DNA from: Gekko japonicus
Taxonomy: Eukaryota
Length of the DNA: 64,000 nt
Assembly: GCF_001447785.1 (NCBI RefSeq)
Contig: NW_015160230.1
Span: 256,700-320,699 of the forward strand
Reading direction: 5' to 3'
Shown: positions 35,501 to 50,500 of the stretch, piece by piece
Position numbering within the stretch: the first letter of the stretch is position 1
Layout of the letters: each line of letters starts with the position of its first letter
Made by a program: the position numbers and the translations under genes
Notes under the pieces: generated by a model
Told to the model about the DNA's origin: nothing
The model's input: the letters and a program-made list of their open reading frames with translations, nothing else
Database searches by the model: none

Positions 35501-38500
35501 TCACTCTCACAGGCATTTTTCAGGCAGAAGCTGCAATTTATATATACATTATGCCATTCATAAACAATCCTTTATATTTTGTATTTGGGAATAAGTTTCC
35601 AAATACAGAATGTATCGTGGAAAACATTCCAGCTCTGGGGAGTTTCCCTAGATGATCCCAGTGCTAGAGGGGCGTGGGAGGGCTATGTACTGAGCATTGT
35701 GCTAAGTTATCTCCCCCACCGCCACCCATTTTGTTTTCAGTATTCTGAGAGAAGGAGTGGCTCAGAGGCTGAGGGAAGATTTGGGCTGCCTGCCAGTCCT
35801 CCTGGGTGCTGTGCTGTGACCTGTTGCCATGACCACGCCCTCCCCTCCTTCCCCCCCAGCTGCATTTCTCTCCTTTTGTCTGGAACTGCCCTGTTTCCTA
35901 GCCATGGCCTTTGAATTTCTCATCAAATTCTATAGTCCAATCTTGCACACAAAAGCGGTCACCGATGACTTGTGTGCTTCTCCTGCCAGGCGTGGGGGCC
36001 TGAAGCTGAGCACTAGGCCAGTGGGCAAATACAATATGAGGAGTGACAGCTCTGTACAAAAGCTCAGGTCGTGTCATTTACAGTCCAAAGTGACATGTTA
36101 TGGTGACACAGTGCAGGTTTTCAGTGGGATTCCCTTGCCAAAGTGACTTCAGAATCTCTTGTTTCTCTGACTGCATTGGGTGTAGTCCCCTCCCTCCCTT
36201 TCTCTCTCCCTCCATCCCTGATGTATGTGTGATGATGAGAAATACTTTAGGAGCAAGATTTATTGACCTGCTAAAATTTTAGAAAGACAAGCACACATTT
36301 GATGTAACCAAATGTAAAGGTCCTTAAAAGCACAATCGTGAAGGATCAGGCTGTTATATCTTACTGTCTGTTCTTGTAATTGCCACTAAATTATAATTAG
36401 ACCCTGAATTTACTCAGCAATGGCTTATTATCTGATGCCAAAGAGGCTGTCCTCTTTGTGATATTAATGTCTCTTTCTCCTTTTTTTGGTTAGCCTCATA
36501 AAGTACAGTCTTTTAAAACAAAACAATTAATGTTATAGAAACGTTACCATCCCATCCATGTAAGCCAAGTGGAGGGAAATTGATTATAGGACTTTTTGTA
36601 CCTTGTGAAATGGACAGATGCGGCAGCAGCAAGAAAATCAAAGGAGGAAACAAAAGTTGACCTGGCTGGCCAAGGATACAATATGTACATCTCATAAATG
36701 ATGCTACACAGGGACTGCAGGGCAAAAATGGTTGAATGAAAACCCACTGCCATAGCTACTGCCTAAGATACAAAACCCGCTGCCTCCTGTTGTGCCTACA
36801 GAATGCTTTTGTTACAGGCATCCAAGGCTCTAAATGTGTTATGTGCACCTGCCAGTTTGTTGGTGCAGAATTTGGCATTATGAAATTTTCAAGATATATA
36901 TATAAAAAGAGGCTTAACATTCTTACCACGTTGAGATTGACTGCAAACAGGTGGGTAGTACCTGCTGATGGATCAATAGAAGACGCTACAATAGATCTTT
37001 TTGTAAATCAAATTATTTAGTTACCTCCAACAGAGCACACACCACGCTTGTTCTCTTTTACAGTAGACTCATTAATCTACACTAGCCCCTGGCTCTGTCC
37101 TTACAATTGCTCATGCATATTCGAATCACCGCTTCACACATCAACTTATTTTGAAACAAGGGAATTCTAGTCTTTTTAACCATCCTGCTTATTAAGTGCT
37201 CAGCATCCCAAATGTGTGGGGTACTTTGGAAGTACTCTGGCCCTGGTGCTCAGCAACTTGAAGTCCTGGAACAAGTGCCGCTATGCTCTTCCAGAACACC
37301 CAGCTGGTGTGCAGCATGTTCTTTCCTTGGAGGCAGGGCCATGCACTGCCATCAGCATCCAGCTTCTGTTCCCTGCCAGCTCCTTTGTGGCTGTCCAAGA
37401 ATTCAGACTAAACGCACATCTCTCTTTTGAGCCATCTTGGCTCAAGGGAAGCTGGGAGAGAGGTTTTGCCTGCTGTGCTAGCTTAGACAACATCCTGCTC
37501 TTCTCCGTTGGTGGTTGCATAGTCGGGTCTATATAATTGTCTGCCTTGTACCTTCTGCAACAGGAATCTGCTTTTTATCCACAGGCTATCATGGGCAAAT
37601 CTGGAGTTCCACAGGGGCCCTCTGACCAGAAGGTGGCTGTGGTGACAGTGGATGACTGTGACACTTCAGTGGCCTTGAAGTTTGGGTCCATCCTGGGAAA
37701 CTATTCCTGCTCAGCCCAAGGGACCCAGTCGGGCACTAAGAAGTAAGAAGTTCATGTACATGATAAGTATACTGTTATAAAACGAACAATTAATAGACCT
37801 AACTAAAGGCAGACTGTCTCCACAGTGATTACTGTTTGCCAGTAAAATGCCTGCCGGGAGGACAGATTGTGAAATAGTGCCTGTCTGTGTTGGTTTTCCA
37901 GGTCACCTTCACCTTACAGGGGCCAATAATAGGAAGTGGAGTTATCCCTTTACCCTATCACACTTGTGAGAGACCCTGCAAGGTGCATAGGGAGTGGGTC
38001 TCTGCGTGTTCCCATTTATGCAGATGGGAAGTTAGTTATTTGCTCAAGATTGCCCCAATAAGTCCATGGCTGAAGTGGCATTTGAACTCTGATCTCTTGA
38101 GTCAGTTAACATTCTGGATAATGCAGTTTTTCACTGCTGAGCTCTTCAGTCTTCCCCAGCTACCCTCTGCTACAGCAGCTTTAGACTCACACAAATAGAC
38201 TGCTAAATCTTCAGGGCCCAAGCATAATTTCATTGGGACGAATACAAACTAGTAACATGGGCCAACACACATATAATTCCATCGTGTATGTGTGACGTCA
38301 TGATCCATGAAGGCGACGTTGTTACTCTTTTTCAGAAATGATATGAATAGATTGTATAATAGAAGTAAAATGTCTGTACTTCCTGCCTTCCATGTTTGGG
38401 CTCTATACATCTCAATTCTCTACTCCCCATCTGGTTTCTCACAATGCAATCCTAAACAGAGTTACACACTTCTGAGTCCACTGAAGCCAGTAGGTATAGA

Positions 38501-41500
38501 AGGGTATAACTGTGGTTTAGGATTGCATTGCCAGTGATAGACACCTGCAGGTACTATTATTTATTTATTTATGTATTTATTTATTTATTTATTACTACTA
38601 GAACAGTCATAGACCAGATAAAAAATAGGATACAATACAATATAAATCTGCCATAAATATACTATTAAAATGTACATACAGTTTATAATTAAACTGATCC
38701 AACAATAATATATATTAATAAAATTATAAATGTACATACAGTTTATAATTAAACTGATCCAATGATATTAATAAAATTATATACATATGGTCATTAATAT
38801 ATTGGCTCCTCAAAATCAGAAAACGAAGCTCCTGTTTAAACTATTCTCCTGTTTAATCACCTGGGCACAGAACCTAGCTGTCACTCTAGTGACTGCTGGT
38901 ATTTCATCAAGCAGTAATTTCTTCAAGGCTATCTTATCTGATATAGGCATGGACTGTTCCAGAATAGGGAGGATTGTCTTGTCCATGACTTTCTTATAAA
39001 AGGGACAGCGAATAAAAATATGTTCCAATGTTTCCACCTCACGGAGGGAGCATGCACATGGGATCTTCTGATGTCTCCCTTCTGTTACCATAGATGGCAA
39101 TACATCGCATCTAGCAAGGGTAAAAGCCCTCCTATGACGGGGATATTCTACATTTTTTAGATATTGGGTCATATTTATAGTATATCTGTTTCTCAGAAAT
39201 CATAAAATGTGTTTTTTTTATTAGATCTAGCTGGCGTTCAATGTCACGGACCCTTTGCTTAATTAAAGATCTTGCAATATTGATATCTTGGGTCAACAGT
39301 GTGTCAAGAGAGAAGCCTATATACTTTAAGTTACCCTCTGTTAGACGTATCCATTTCTGTTGATGCCAATCTTGGTTTATTAAAGGGAGTAGGCCTTTTG
39401 TGTTTTGGTTTATGCTAAGCTAAAAAAAAGCTGAGGCCACAAAAATTCTTGCCGAAATTTTTATTTGTCCAGTTTCCAGTCGCAGTAAAGAATTGGAAAC
39501 ATTGAGTGGAATTTGTAAAATAGATCGAAGGAATTTAGTTTGAATTTTCGCTAGTAGATATAAACTGTTAGCTGGGATACCTAGGTAGATACCATAAATG
39601 AGCTGATTGACAGCTTTGGCTTGAAAAAGTTTCAGGGCTGCCGGTCACGTAAGAACAGCCTTTGGCTCGAAAGAATCTTAAAAATGCATTGGATGATCTC
39701 TCAGCTTGATCTGCCCTCAGATTACAGTGAGTTGTCATGGAACCATTCTCCTGAAATACGACCCCACCTGCAGGTATTCATAGCTCTGCTGATGTCTATT
39801 AGAACATTGTTATATAATCCACAGTTTCAGTCCCATCAAACAGTAGCCCTTGATCAACCTTCTCCTGATTATTGTCTTCTGAGTAAATCCCATTTTGCCT
39901 TCCCAGGTCCCTGGATCTGACAGGTCCATTGTTGTTAGGTGGCGTTCCTGACCTGCCCGAGAGTTTCCCTGTACGAAACCAGCACTTTGTAGGCTGTATA
40001 CGGGACTTCCTGATTGATAATCGAGAGGTGGACATGGCTGACTTCATTGCCAACAATGGGACTGTGCCTGGTATGGGGTGTTTTAAGACTTGGGGAAGAA
40101 GGTTGGGTGCAGAAATTGGAATGCTCCCCAGATTAACACACACACCCCATTTCAATGGGGAAGCCACCTCTGCCATTATCCATTCACATACCATCTTGCA
40201 TTCTCCTTCTAGGCTGTTCAGCAAAGAAGAATGTTTGTGACAGCAACACCTGCCATAATGGTGGCACATGTGTCAACCAGTGGAACACCTTCAGCTGCGA
40301 GTGTCCTCTGGGTTTTGGAGGCAAGAACTGCAAGCAAGGTAAAGAATGGAGGCCACAGGAGACAGGATTGGTGATGATCATGGTATTTGTGCTGTTTGAA
40401 CAGTAGTCACCCACAGGGGAGAGTTTTTGCTGGTTCTTTCTCCTGAGCTAACTATATCAAGGTGTCAACAGATCAACAGAAAGTCTCTCACTGGTTCCAG
40501 TCCCTAGGGGAAATGTGCCCATGCCTTTGGGAAGTGTGAGATGCCCAATACTGTATGTCAGATAGGAGGCATTTCTGTCATGGTTAGAGGATAGAAAATG
40601 AAACCCCACTGCTAAAAACATAAGAGAGGAGGACAATGCCTCCACACAATTTGGGCACAGGGTTGTAGTTTAAACAGCTTGTGAGAATGCGAGGTAGCTC
40701 ACATCCTCCTGCTAAGAGATGGGAACGCAAGTAAACAGGAGCTGTTTACCCAGCTGCAAGGAATACAGTACTCTCCAGTGCCATTATATTGTGTCGTGTA
40801 AGGTAGTGTTCAGTCACCCGGTACAAGCAGGCAAAGACTAAGGAATTTTGAAAGAACCAGCTGCTATGCCCTTCTTTAGGGAAATGGCTCCCAGGCTTGG
40901 TCTTGGTCTAAAGAAGTGCATGAGGTGATGGTTCAGAACTTCCCTTAACCTGGAGCTTCCCCTTCCCTTCTTCAACATTTTGTTCCCTGCTGTTCCAAAC
41001 ACCCACTACTGGAAGGGTCAAAAGAAGCCTAAGAGCCTTCTCATCAGATGCTGGTCAAGCTCTAAAATAAAGGCTGAACAAATCACCCTGCTCTATTCTT
41101 TATTCCCAGAGGATTGCTAGTGGGCAGCATTCCTGACTTCAAGCTTCTGTGCTGCAGCCATTAGTTCTATCGCAGTTTAAGATGTGCTTGCTTGGAATCT
41201 CTAGTCCCTGCAAACCAAGTGAGTCTCTCAACCAGTGTGGACACCAGTCCTGGGCCCATTTGCATGGCAAGCAAATGAGTAACTGGCTGCTGCTATAAGA
41301 TACTGATGCTTAGTTTGTCCTAGACCTCACCATACATGTGTTCTCTGTGAATTTCTGCTTTATAGAAATAGACCTCGGGGAACACCGGCAGTATGTGATC
41401 ATTGTGCTGTGACCGTTTCTCAAGGTGTGCCTGGGAATCCCTGGGTTGTACTCTTGCAGGTCCATATTGTGATAGACTATATGGCAGCACTTCTGTGCAG

Positions 41501-44500
41501 TACTTGGTGTCTGCTGATCCATGTTTGTTTGTTTTTTCATTTCCATGAAGAAATGGCTAGTCCCCAGCGCTTCTTGGGCAACAGCATGGTGATCTGGAGT
41601 AACTTGGCATTAGTGGTTACACTTCCATGGCATATTGGACTCATGTTCCGTACAAGGCAGGGCAACGGTGTCCTTCTACATGCTACAGCTGGGCAGCATT
41701 CTACCATCACCCTGCTGGTAAGTGCCAAGGCTGGGACAAAATTCCATTGTCACTCCATAGATTAGTGGACTAGAGAAGACATTGTTGATCTACAAGCAAA
41801 GAGGTGCAGCTGTTGGAGGGGATCTGGGTCACAAATGCTCTGCTTCATCCCAGTAGGTATCAGAAACCTTGTGGCAGACTAGAGGCTGCTCAGTTGGCGT
41901 TCTATTCTCAAGCTCATGTCTCTGGGCATGGATGATGCTCCTGGGGAGAAGGGGGAGACTTCACACAGGGCTGGGCTTATGCTGTTCTTGCCTGTCTCTC
42001 TCTCACAGTTAAACGAAGGGAATGTGCTGATGGCTGTGTACCGTGCCAACAGCCAGGTCTCAGCACTGCGGCTGCACCAGGTGAAAGTGAATGACGGTGA
42101 CTGGCACCACCTGCAGTTGGAGCTGCACAACAGCAGGGACAGCCCAGAGGCACAATGCCTAGCCATCATGGCCTTTGACTACGGCGTACATCAGGTATGG
42201 TGGGCCCCAGGACTCTGCCAATCGTAACGTGCTGTGACTCTTAGCTTAGAAGTCATCTGCTACTTATACACAGAAGGAAAGAGAGGAGAGTTTAGGGAAT
42301 AAAAATGAGATTAAAAATATGTTGTTTGAAGCTTATTTTATTTGTTGACAAACTTATAGAAATATCATTCCAATTAAAAAAATTAATGACCACAGAACAG
42401 TACTGAGACCTATGGGAAGATGAAAGTGTTTGCCTGCGTTCTAGTGCACTTTGTTATACAGGGGTCCCTTTCCTGTAGGCTTCTCTGCTGCCCTCTGCCG
42501 CCCCTCATCTGCTGCTTAGTTCCAATTTAGCTCACCTTCCCTGTCTCCACAGTTCCCCTGGTGACCCACAGGCTCCATCTCTGTCCCTCTACAAACAGGG
42601 GTCCCCAACATGGTGCCTGTGGGTGCCCTGGGGCCCGCTGACACCTTTCCTGGTGACCACCAAGTGTTCTTAGAAGGTGGGCAGGGCCAGGTGGGGCTTT
42701 TGCCTAGCAGGGCTTCTGATTGACTGTTGGAGATTTGATTGGCTGTGCAGATTTTTGAAAATGTTACTTCGGCAGCGGCTGCCAGCACAGCACAAGGATC
42801 TTCACCGTGTGTCTGAAGGTAAGCCGCAGAAGTCATTTTGCAGCTGGCTCTGCCTCCTGCAGCTGCCATTTTGTGGCTGCACCCATCACACTGTGTCAGA
42901 ATTCCAAAGGTGTCCCCAGGCAAAAAAAAGGTTGGCGAACCTGGCACTACAGGAATGTTGTGGGTTCATCAGGGGAATTGGGGAAGGTGCTGCCAAGTGT
43001 TTTGCTTGCCCTCCAGGTGGTGGCCAACATCAGCAGTGAGCTGCATGGACTGAAAGTGCGGACCCTGAGTATTGGCGGCATGCTGGGGGATGAGAAGGAG
43101 GTGCAGCAAGGCTTCCGTGGCTGCATGCAGGTAAAGTGTGGGCAAAGAGGAGACCCCCTTCTGGGCTGGGGTTGTGCTAGACCATGATGGGTGAGGTGCA
43201 AATGTTTGTCACCAGAGCCTTCTACCTAGTAATGACTAATTCCCCCCCCCCTCCAGTCAGTTGTCAGCTCCTGCAGGAACAGGACAGCCATGAAGTTTTT
43301 TCTAGAGATGACCCCTAACCACTGGGGGCATCAGGGGGAGGCAGCCCAGGAAGCACTGCCAGAGACACTTCTGGCTGCTGCAGCAAGGAAGGGGCAGGGT
43401 TAGAATTGGGCTAGGCGGAGTGGCATGGCCTGCATCCGACAGGGCAGGAAACCTTGGAGGGGGCTGGCCCCAGTAGGACAGCTGTTGGTTTTATACTCCC
43501 CTTGGTAGTGGAGGTGGCAGCCCTTGTGAGAAGGATATAGGGTGATCACAGGGCTTGTGCAGGATGCATAAGGGGCTAGGGGAGGCCTTGCTGAGGAGGA
43601 AGTGCATGGACCCTTTCCCTAGTGCAAGGGACAGGCTACGCAGGACTGGGGTAGGAGTAGGGTCCTGGATACTCCTCCCCTCTCCATCTGAGGCTTCGGG
43701 AAGGAGTGCAGCATCACTGCGGACTCAGCCAGGAGGTGACGGGGCTCAACAACTTTACCCTCCCCCCAAGCACACACTTCAGCAGGCTGACCCCCGTTTC
43801 AGTCTCTTCTACCTTGGGGGTGGACTTCCATCCCCGCCACCTGACTATTCCTTGCCCCTCACAATGGAACAGCCCTGCGCAGTGACCAGTTGTGAATTGG
43901 GCAGCCCACCCTGTGACAGTGACATATTTTTCAGGGTCAAGCAGTCTAGGTGCCCATTCTCGTAAGTTATGTAGATTCTTGAACAAAATGCATACCTGTT
44001 GTAAGGCCTCTGGGGAACTGTCAAGTGATGTTTGGATGTATACGCAAATATGAAACTCTCCTTGTATTCCTGTACTGGAAACCTGCAGCCATGACAACCA
44101 TCATCTGACTGTGTCCGTACTGGACATTTGTCACTATCCCATTCAGGAGGAAAGAAGGTGTTCTAGATGGTTCCTGTATAATTTGGGGCAGCAAGGGTGC
44201 TACACAACCCCACAAAAGCACCAAGTTTGATTGATTCCAAGTTGCTTCCACCATTTTGGTTTCCACCTTCTACCTTTCAAGCAGGTGGATGTGGTTTGGG
44301 GGGAGGGTGTTTGGCAAACCAGATACACATTGGAGCAAAATGGTTATGTATTGTCCCTGTGCAAGTCTCCCAGTACAAAGCCTGACCTTCCTCAGTCTAA
44401 GCTTATTTATTGGAGGCAACATAGCCCCATCTAGTGGATGCAGCTCTCATGTGGCTTTATTTGTCGATTGGGAAATGGACTATCTTTAGATCCTGAACAG

Positions 44501-47500
44501 TCTGCAAATTTGGTGCAGGGGCCATAGCTAGGAAATTCACAACAGTCTGCCCTTCTAAAAGTAGGAGCTGCAGCCTGACTTCTCCTTGTCTTCTTTATTC
44601 CTAGGGTGTACGAATGGGTGAGACATCAGCCAGTGCTGTGTCCCTGAATGTGAACCAGGCAGAAAAGGTGAACGTGGAGCATGGCTGCAGCATCCCTGAC
44701 CCCTGTGACTCTAACCCATGCCCTGTAAATAGCTACTGCAATGATGACTGGGACAGTTACTCCTGCAGCTGTGACCCAGGTCAGTGAAGTTAGACAAATT
44801 CCATGTGATATCCTCCCTAGCCATGCTTTATGGTATACAAGATGTGTGGTATACAAGATGTGCCACCTTTGGACTCCTCTGTGCAGGTCTGGTAGCCTAC
44901 AATCATGGGTAGCTGATACAGTCAAGAAAGGGGTCCCAGATATGATACTGTATCATGATGTTTGTTTAATATGATGGGATAATGTTTTGGCTCATCTGTT
45001 ATGAGGATGATACCATGTTTGGTTACTTCTTTTATTGTCCTGTATTACTATTATAGCCATTTCTGTTCTTAGCTTTTTTTCTTCTGTACATTACTTGCAT
45101 CTAAAAAATGTTGGTATGTGTGTGGCCCAATAGCTTAAATAATGACTAATGAAATCACAAACAAATCTGTAGTCAAAGCACACTAAATAAATGCGACAAT
45201 AATTATCTAGAAAACAAAGTCAATAATAATGCCAAACTCATATATATATTACTGTAGAATCAAAATCATTTCTGATTTGCAAGAGATATGGAACTGTGCT
45301 TAACTGGAATATTTTGATCGGAACCTCACTTATACGTATATATTCATTGTATGTTAATGAAGACTTACCTGATTTACCTGATGAAGGAATAGGTCTGAGA
45401 CGCTGATTATATTATCCAGAACGGTGTAGTTTCCACTTGAAACAGATCTTACTTACCACAAGCCACAATATATCGATGTTTGGACTTCAATTCAAGGACA
45501 TGTGATATTTATATAAACAAAAAAAGAATTTCTTTGTGTGCTTGTTCTATTTATGAAGGAAGTCTGCTGCCTCTGAGATATGCTGTGACTTATTGTGGGT
45601 TTGAGTTTGTTACCACCCACTTTTGGATAATTGTTCTTTATTATTATTTGATTCTACGCTAATATATATATGAGTTTGGCATTATTATTGACTTTGCTTT
45701 CTAGATAACTATTGTTGCATTTATTTAGCATGCGTTGACTACAGATTTGTTTGTGACTTCACTGGTTCTTTTTCTGTAGCCTCCCTCCTTCTTACTTAAA
45801 TAATGACTAAGCATGCAACAAATCTAAATGAGAAAAAAGTAGGCTTCAAATATACCCTCAGTGCTGTTATCTCTGCACTGTTCTCTTGAAACAGCAATGA
45901 ATAGTTAAAAACAATTCTTGAGTGTTTCAGGCAAAACCCCTTGCTGGTTAGCTTGGGTCATTTACAGGTCATAAAACCTTTGTAAGGAATTGTGAACTAC
46001 ATTCACCAGAGATAATTATCCTGCTATTATTTACATAATCGGTTATTATTTATGTGATGAAAAGGAAGTTGGATCCCCTAATTTCCTGGATAATGCTTCC
46101 ATCCTTGATTCCTTCCAGTCTGGCTTCCGCTCTGGTCATGGGATGGAGACGGCTCTGGTCGCCCTTACAGATGACCTCTGTAGACAAATAAATCAGGGCA
46201 GATCACCACTGCTGTTGCTATTAGATCTAATGGCAGCATTCAATATGGTCGACTATGATCTATTGACCCACCACCTCGCTGACGTAGGAGTTCAGGGGAC
46301 TACCTTGAACTGGTTTTCCTCCTTTCTCCATGGTTGGGGACAGAGGGTGGCGCTCGGCGAGAGGGTCTCTCCATGATACCCACTGGAATGTGGGGTGTCG
46401 CAGGGGGCGATCCTCTCGCCAATGTTATTTAACATCTATATGCCCCCCCCCCCCGCCCAGTTAGTCCAGAGCTATGGGCTGGGTTGTCATCATTATGCTG
46501 ATGACACCCAGCTCTATCAATGGACCACCATCCGTCTTTTGTTCCTGCAAACTTGGCTGAGGCTTTGGATGCTGTGGCTGGATGGTCCTGTACCTGGGTC
46601 GAGGAGGCATGGATGTGGGTGCCAGGCTCCCCACACTGGAAGGGGCGCCTTTGGTACCGGCCCAGACAGTGAGGAGTCTGGGAGTGACACTGGATGCCTC
46701 TCTTTCTATTGAGGCCCAGGTTGCTGCAGTCGCCAGATCTGCATTTTTCCATCTCAGGCAGATCAGGTTACTGAAGCCCTATCTTTCCTCCCAAGACCTA
46801 GCTATGATGACCCATGCAATGGTCACTTCCAGACTTGATTACTGCAACTCGCTCTACACAGGCTTACCCTTGAGGCTGACCGGGAAATTACAACTGGTAC
46901 AGAATGTGATGGCATGCCTGCTGACGTCGACGCCTATGTGGGCTCACGTTAGGCGTGTGCTCCACCAACTGCATTGGTTGCCAGTTGAGTACCAGATTTG
47001 CTTCAAGGTGCTGGTTCTGACCATCAAAGCTTTATACAGCCTGAGACCAACATATCTAAGGGACCGCCTCTTCCCATATATGCCTTGAAGAGCATTATAC
47101 TCTAAAGGTCAACACGTCCTGGTGGTCCCTGGCCCGAGGGACATCCGTCTTGCCTTGAACCAGGGCTCCAGGGCTTTCTCTGTCCTGGCCCCAGCCTGGT
47201 GGAACATGCTCCCTATTGAGACCAGGGCCCTGCGGGATCTTCTTCAGTTCCACAGGGCCTGCAAGACGGAGCTGTTCCGCCAGGCCTTTGGTTGAGTATA
47301 GGTGTCCCACATATGGCCTCCCTGAGGTTGCTGTCACCCGCCCACCCACTGACTACTGACAACTGGCCTTGAATTTACTACACCATCGGGCCAGAATTTT
47401 TATAGCCAACTGACATTTGTTTTAAGCTTTACCTATTTATATTGTTTATATTGTGTTTTAAATTGCAATTGTATTTATTATAATGATGTTACCTACCCTG

Positions 47501-50500
47501 AGCCCGTCCGCGGGATGGGTGGGATATAAATACAAACAATAAATAAATAAATACATTTGCTGCGGTTGTTGTCCTTCAGTTCATTTCAATTTCTGATTTG
47601 GCCCTTGAATTGAATTGATCCTTGATCATATAAACAGGCCTTTTGATAGTCCAGATGTAGGACTGGATAATCCCTATGTAGGACTGGAGTTCCATTCTGC
47701 TTTCTCTGTGCGCAGCCAGTCCTCTCATTTGCAGTTGTTGCTCTCTGTTGCAGTGTGAAGGATGGCTCTCTCACAGGCTTCTGTGCCCATCTAGAGACTT
47801 TTGCTTACAGGGGCGTCACTCATTTTTAGGCTGGAGTTTTCCACCAGAATTACATAGTGGAGATGACATACTACTTGGGGTTCTTCCTATGTTGCTTCAG
47901 GTTACTATGGAGACAGTTGTGCCAATGTCTGCTCCCTCAATCCTTGTGAGCATCAAGCTATGTGTGTCCGCAAGCCCAGCTCATCCCATGGCTACACTTG
48001 TGAGTGTCCTGACAACTACTTTGGGCCCTACTGCGAGAACAAGTGAGTTGCCCAGTGCTGCTCTGTAGAAAGGGTGCCTGTGTATATATGCAACTGTGCC
48101 TACAGGGGTGTTTCTACCAGTTAGTGTATGTAGAAATGGTTCCTTGAAGAGCTGTGTGCTTATTGCTGAGGGAGAAAGTGAAGGAATTATTGGTAAATCT
48201 GACTGTGTCTGAGAGTCCTGGTAGTAAGCAGTTATAGGGGACGTGGCAGGGACAGGGATGAGAAGGACTCATGTTTCTAAATCAATATTTGTCCATGTGC
48301 AAGTGAGAGCAAGAAATCAAGGCAAGGGAATGTAAATGTGCAAGGAAATATATCAGTTCCCTCAAGTATGGGAGGGAACAGTAAATTCATTATAGGTTCA
48401 TGGGATATGATTGCAGTGTGCATATGCACATAGGCTGTGAGTATGGGATGTACACATAGCAAACGTAGTGTGGTTGATGTGTGCATGCTAGGAGGAGAAG
48501 CTGCTTTGCTTACTGTGAATGTAGAAAAACAGCCCTCTTACTGTAACAGTCATTATTATAACAACATTTAGTGTGTTGAAATCTTCAAAACCCTGGTACA
48601 GTCATAGAATTTTCATGGGTCCTAAGAATCATCATTTTCTTACTGTGGGAGTGGAAGACTGTGTGGAATGATGAGTGGGGAGGTAGCATCACACTTTATC
48701 TGTGCTTGATATCAACAATGATTGATATCTGTGCCTCAGGCCACATTGCGTTTTTAAGCATACTGTTATACTAGATCTGCTGCTTTCTTGTTGGCAGTTT
48801 CCCCCCTTCCTCCTGAACATTTGCTATTACTCTTTTGACCTGCTGGTGTATCTGCAGTGTGATCATTACAGGCTCTGTGCTCTCCTTCTGGCAGGCTTGC
48901 TCAACCCTGCCCTCGGGGGTGGTGGGGGCACCCTATATGTGGACCCTGCAACTGTGATGTTGGCAAAGGCTTTGACCCTGACTGCAACAAAACCACTGGA
49001 GAGTGTCACTGCAAGGTGGGCTGTGATTTGTTTGATCGTGGTTGGTGGGGAATAGAGCTCTGGGTTGGAAACTGAAGATCACTACAGAGGGTACAGAACT
49101 GTTGATAGGATAAGTCACCAGTGGAGCTGGTGTATGCATCTCTGAGACTCCCCCATGAAACAAGAGTGTGTTTAGAGGTGGAGGATGTCTTAGAGCATCC
49201 CTCTGCATATCCTTCTTGAGGAGGAAAAGACCAGTGTGTAAATGAGCATTCTGTAGAGGTATGGTAGGACAATGACTTCTTGTCTCAAAACCATGGCCTT
49301 TGCTCTGTGTCCTTTGGTGGTAAGGCCCATGGACTTAATTGGAGACCCAAGTTTCTGAATTCTTTTGAATCTACTTTGATGTTGCATAAGCCTACATGGG
49401 TGGTGCATGGAGACCTTGGAGAAGAACCCCCAGTGCTTTGCAGAGGATTATGGAGAATGTTCAGGGGGATGATGCACATTATATGGGACACTGGCTTCAG
49501 GTGTTCCTCTGCTTGGAAAGAGTTTGACCTTGAACAAACCCAACACTCTTCTGCTGCTGCACATGGTAGGAGAAAAGCAATTGTGGCTGCTTCTTTAAGG
49601 GAAGCTTGTCGGCCATTATTACCAGTCTTCTCACTGAGCAACTCTGATAAGCTTCCAAGAAGTTTCAGAAATTGCTAGAACTCAGTTTGCAAACCATGGG
49701 ATTAAGACACAGGCACCTAGGTTCAGATCCTGATTCTTGAAGCTTACTGGGGGGCTTAAAGCTCTCTGTCAGCCTAGTATAATTCACAAAATTGTTATGA
49801 AGATCAAGTTAACTGGAAATGACTATCATAATAATATCTTGGGAGTTTCTTTCCTTGGAGAAAATGTGCATGTTTGGTTGGAGGGGGGAGTTAGTGAGAA
49901 ATAGCATCTTGGTAAACAGATGCATGGAGTACAAGTAATTTTTAGTAGGCATGTGTTGCAGTTGTAGGTATTGGGAGAGGGATCATGTGTTGGGTTAGCT
50001 GAGGGGTTTGCATCCTACAAGCTGCAGGGGGTCTTCAGTGCTACACCTCAGGATTAATGTGCCTTCTACTCTTCTTCAGGAGAACCACTACCAACCAGCA
50101 GACAGTGCCATGTGTTTGCTTTGTGACTGCTACCCCACAGGCTCGCTGTCTCGCACTTGTGACTCTGAGACCGGGCAGTGTTCCTGCAAGCCTGGTGTGA
50201 TTGGGCGCCACTGTGACCACTGTGACAATCCTTTTGCAGAAGTCACCATCAATGGCTGTGAAGGTCAGTGCTGTTGTTAGCTGTGGCTCATAGGGCACAG
50301 AGCAGAGTTGAGATTTCATTACCAGGCTGAAGTTAGGCACAATAGGAAGCAATTACAGTAACCCAGGCCTTATAGCAGGGAAGAGGTTTGTTGAGTGAAA
50401 TCATTGGCTGTTGTCTTGGGACTGAACAAATGATGTTAATAAGGAGGTTGTCCTCCATGAATGTCCTTCCCTTCTTTTGAAGAACTATCCTTTCATCTGG

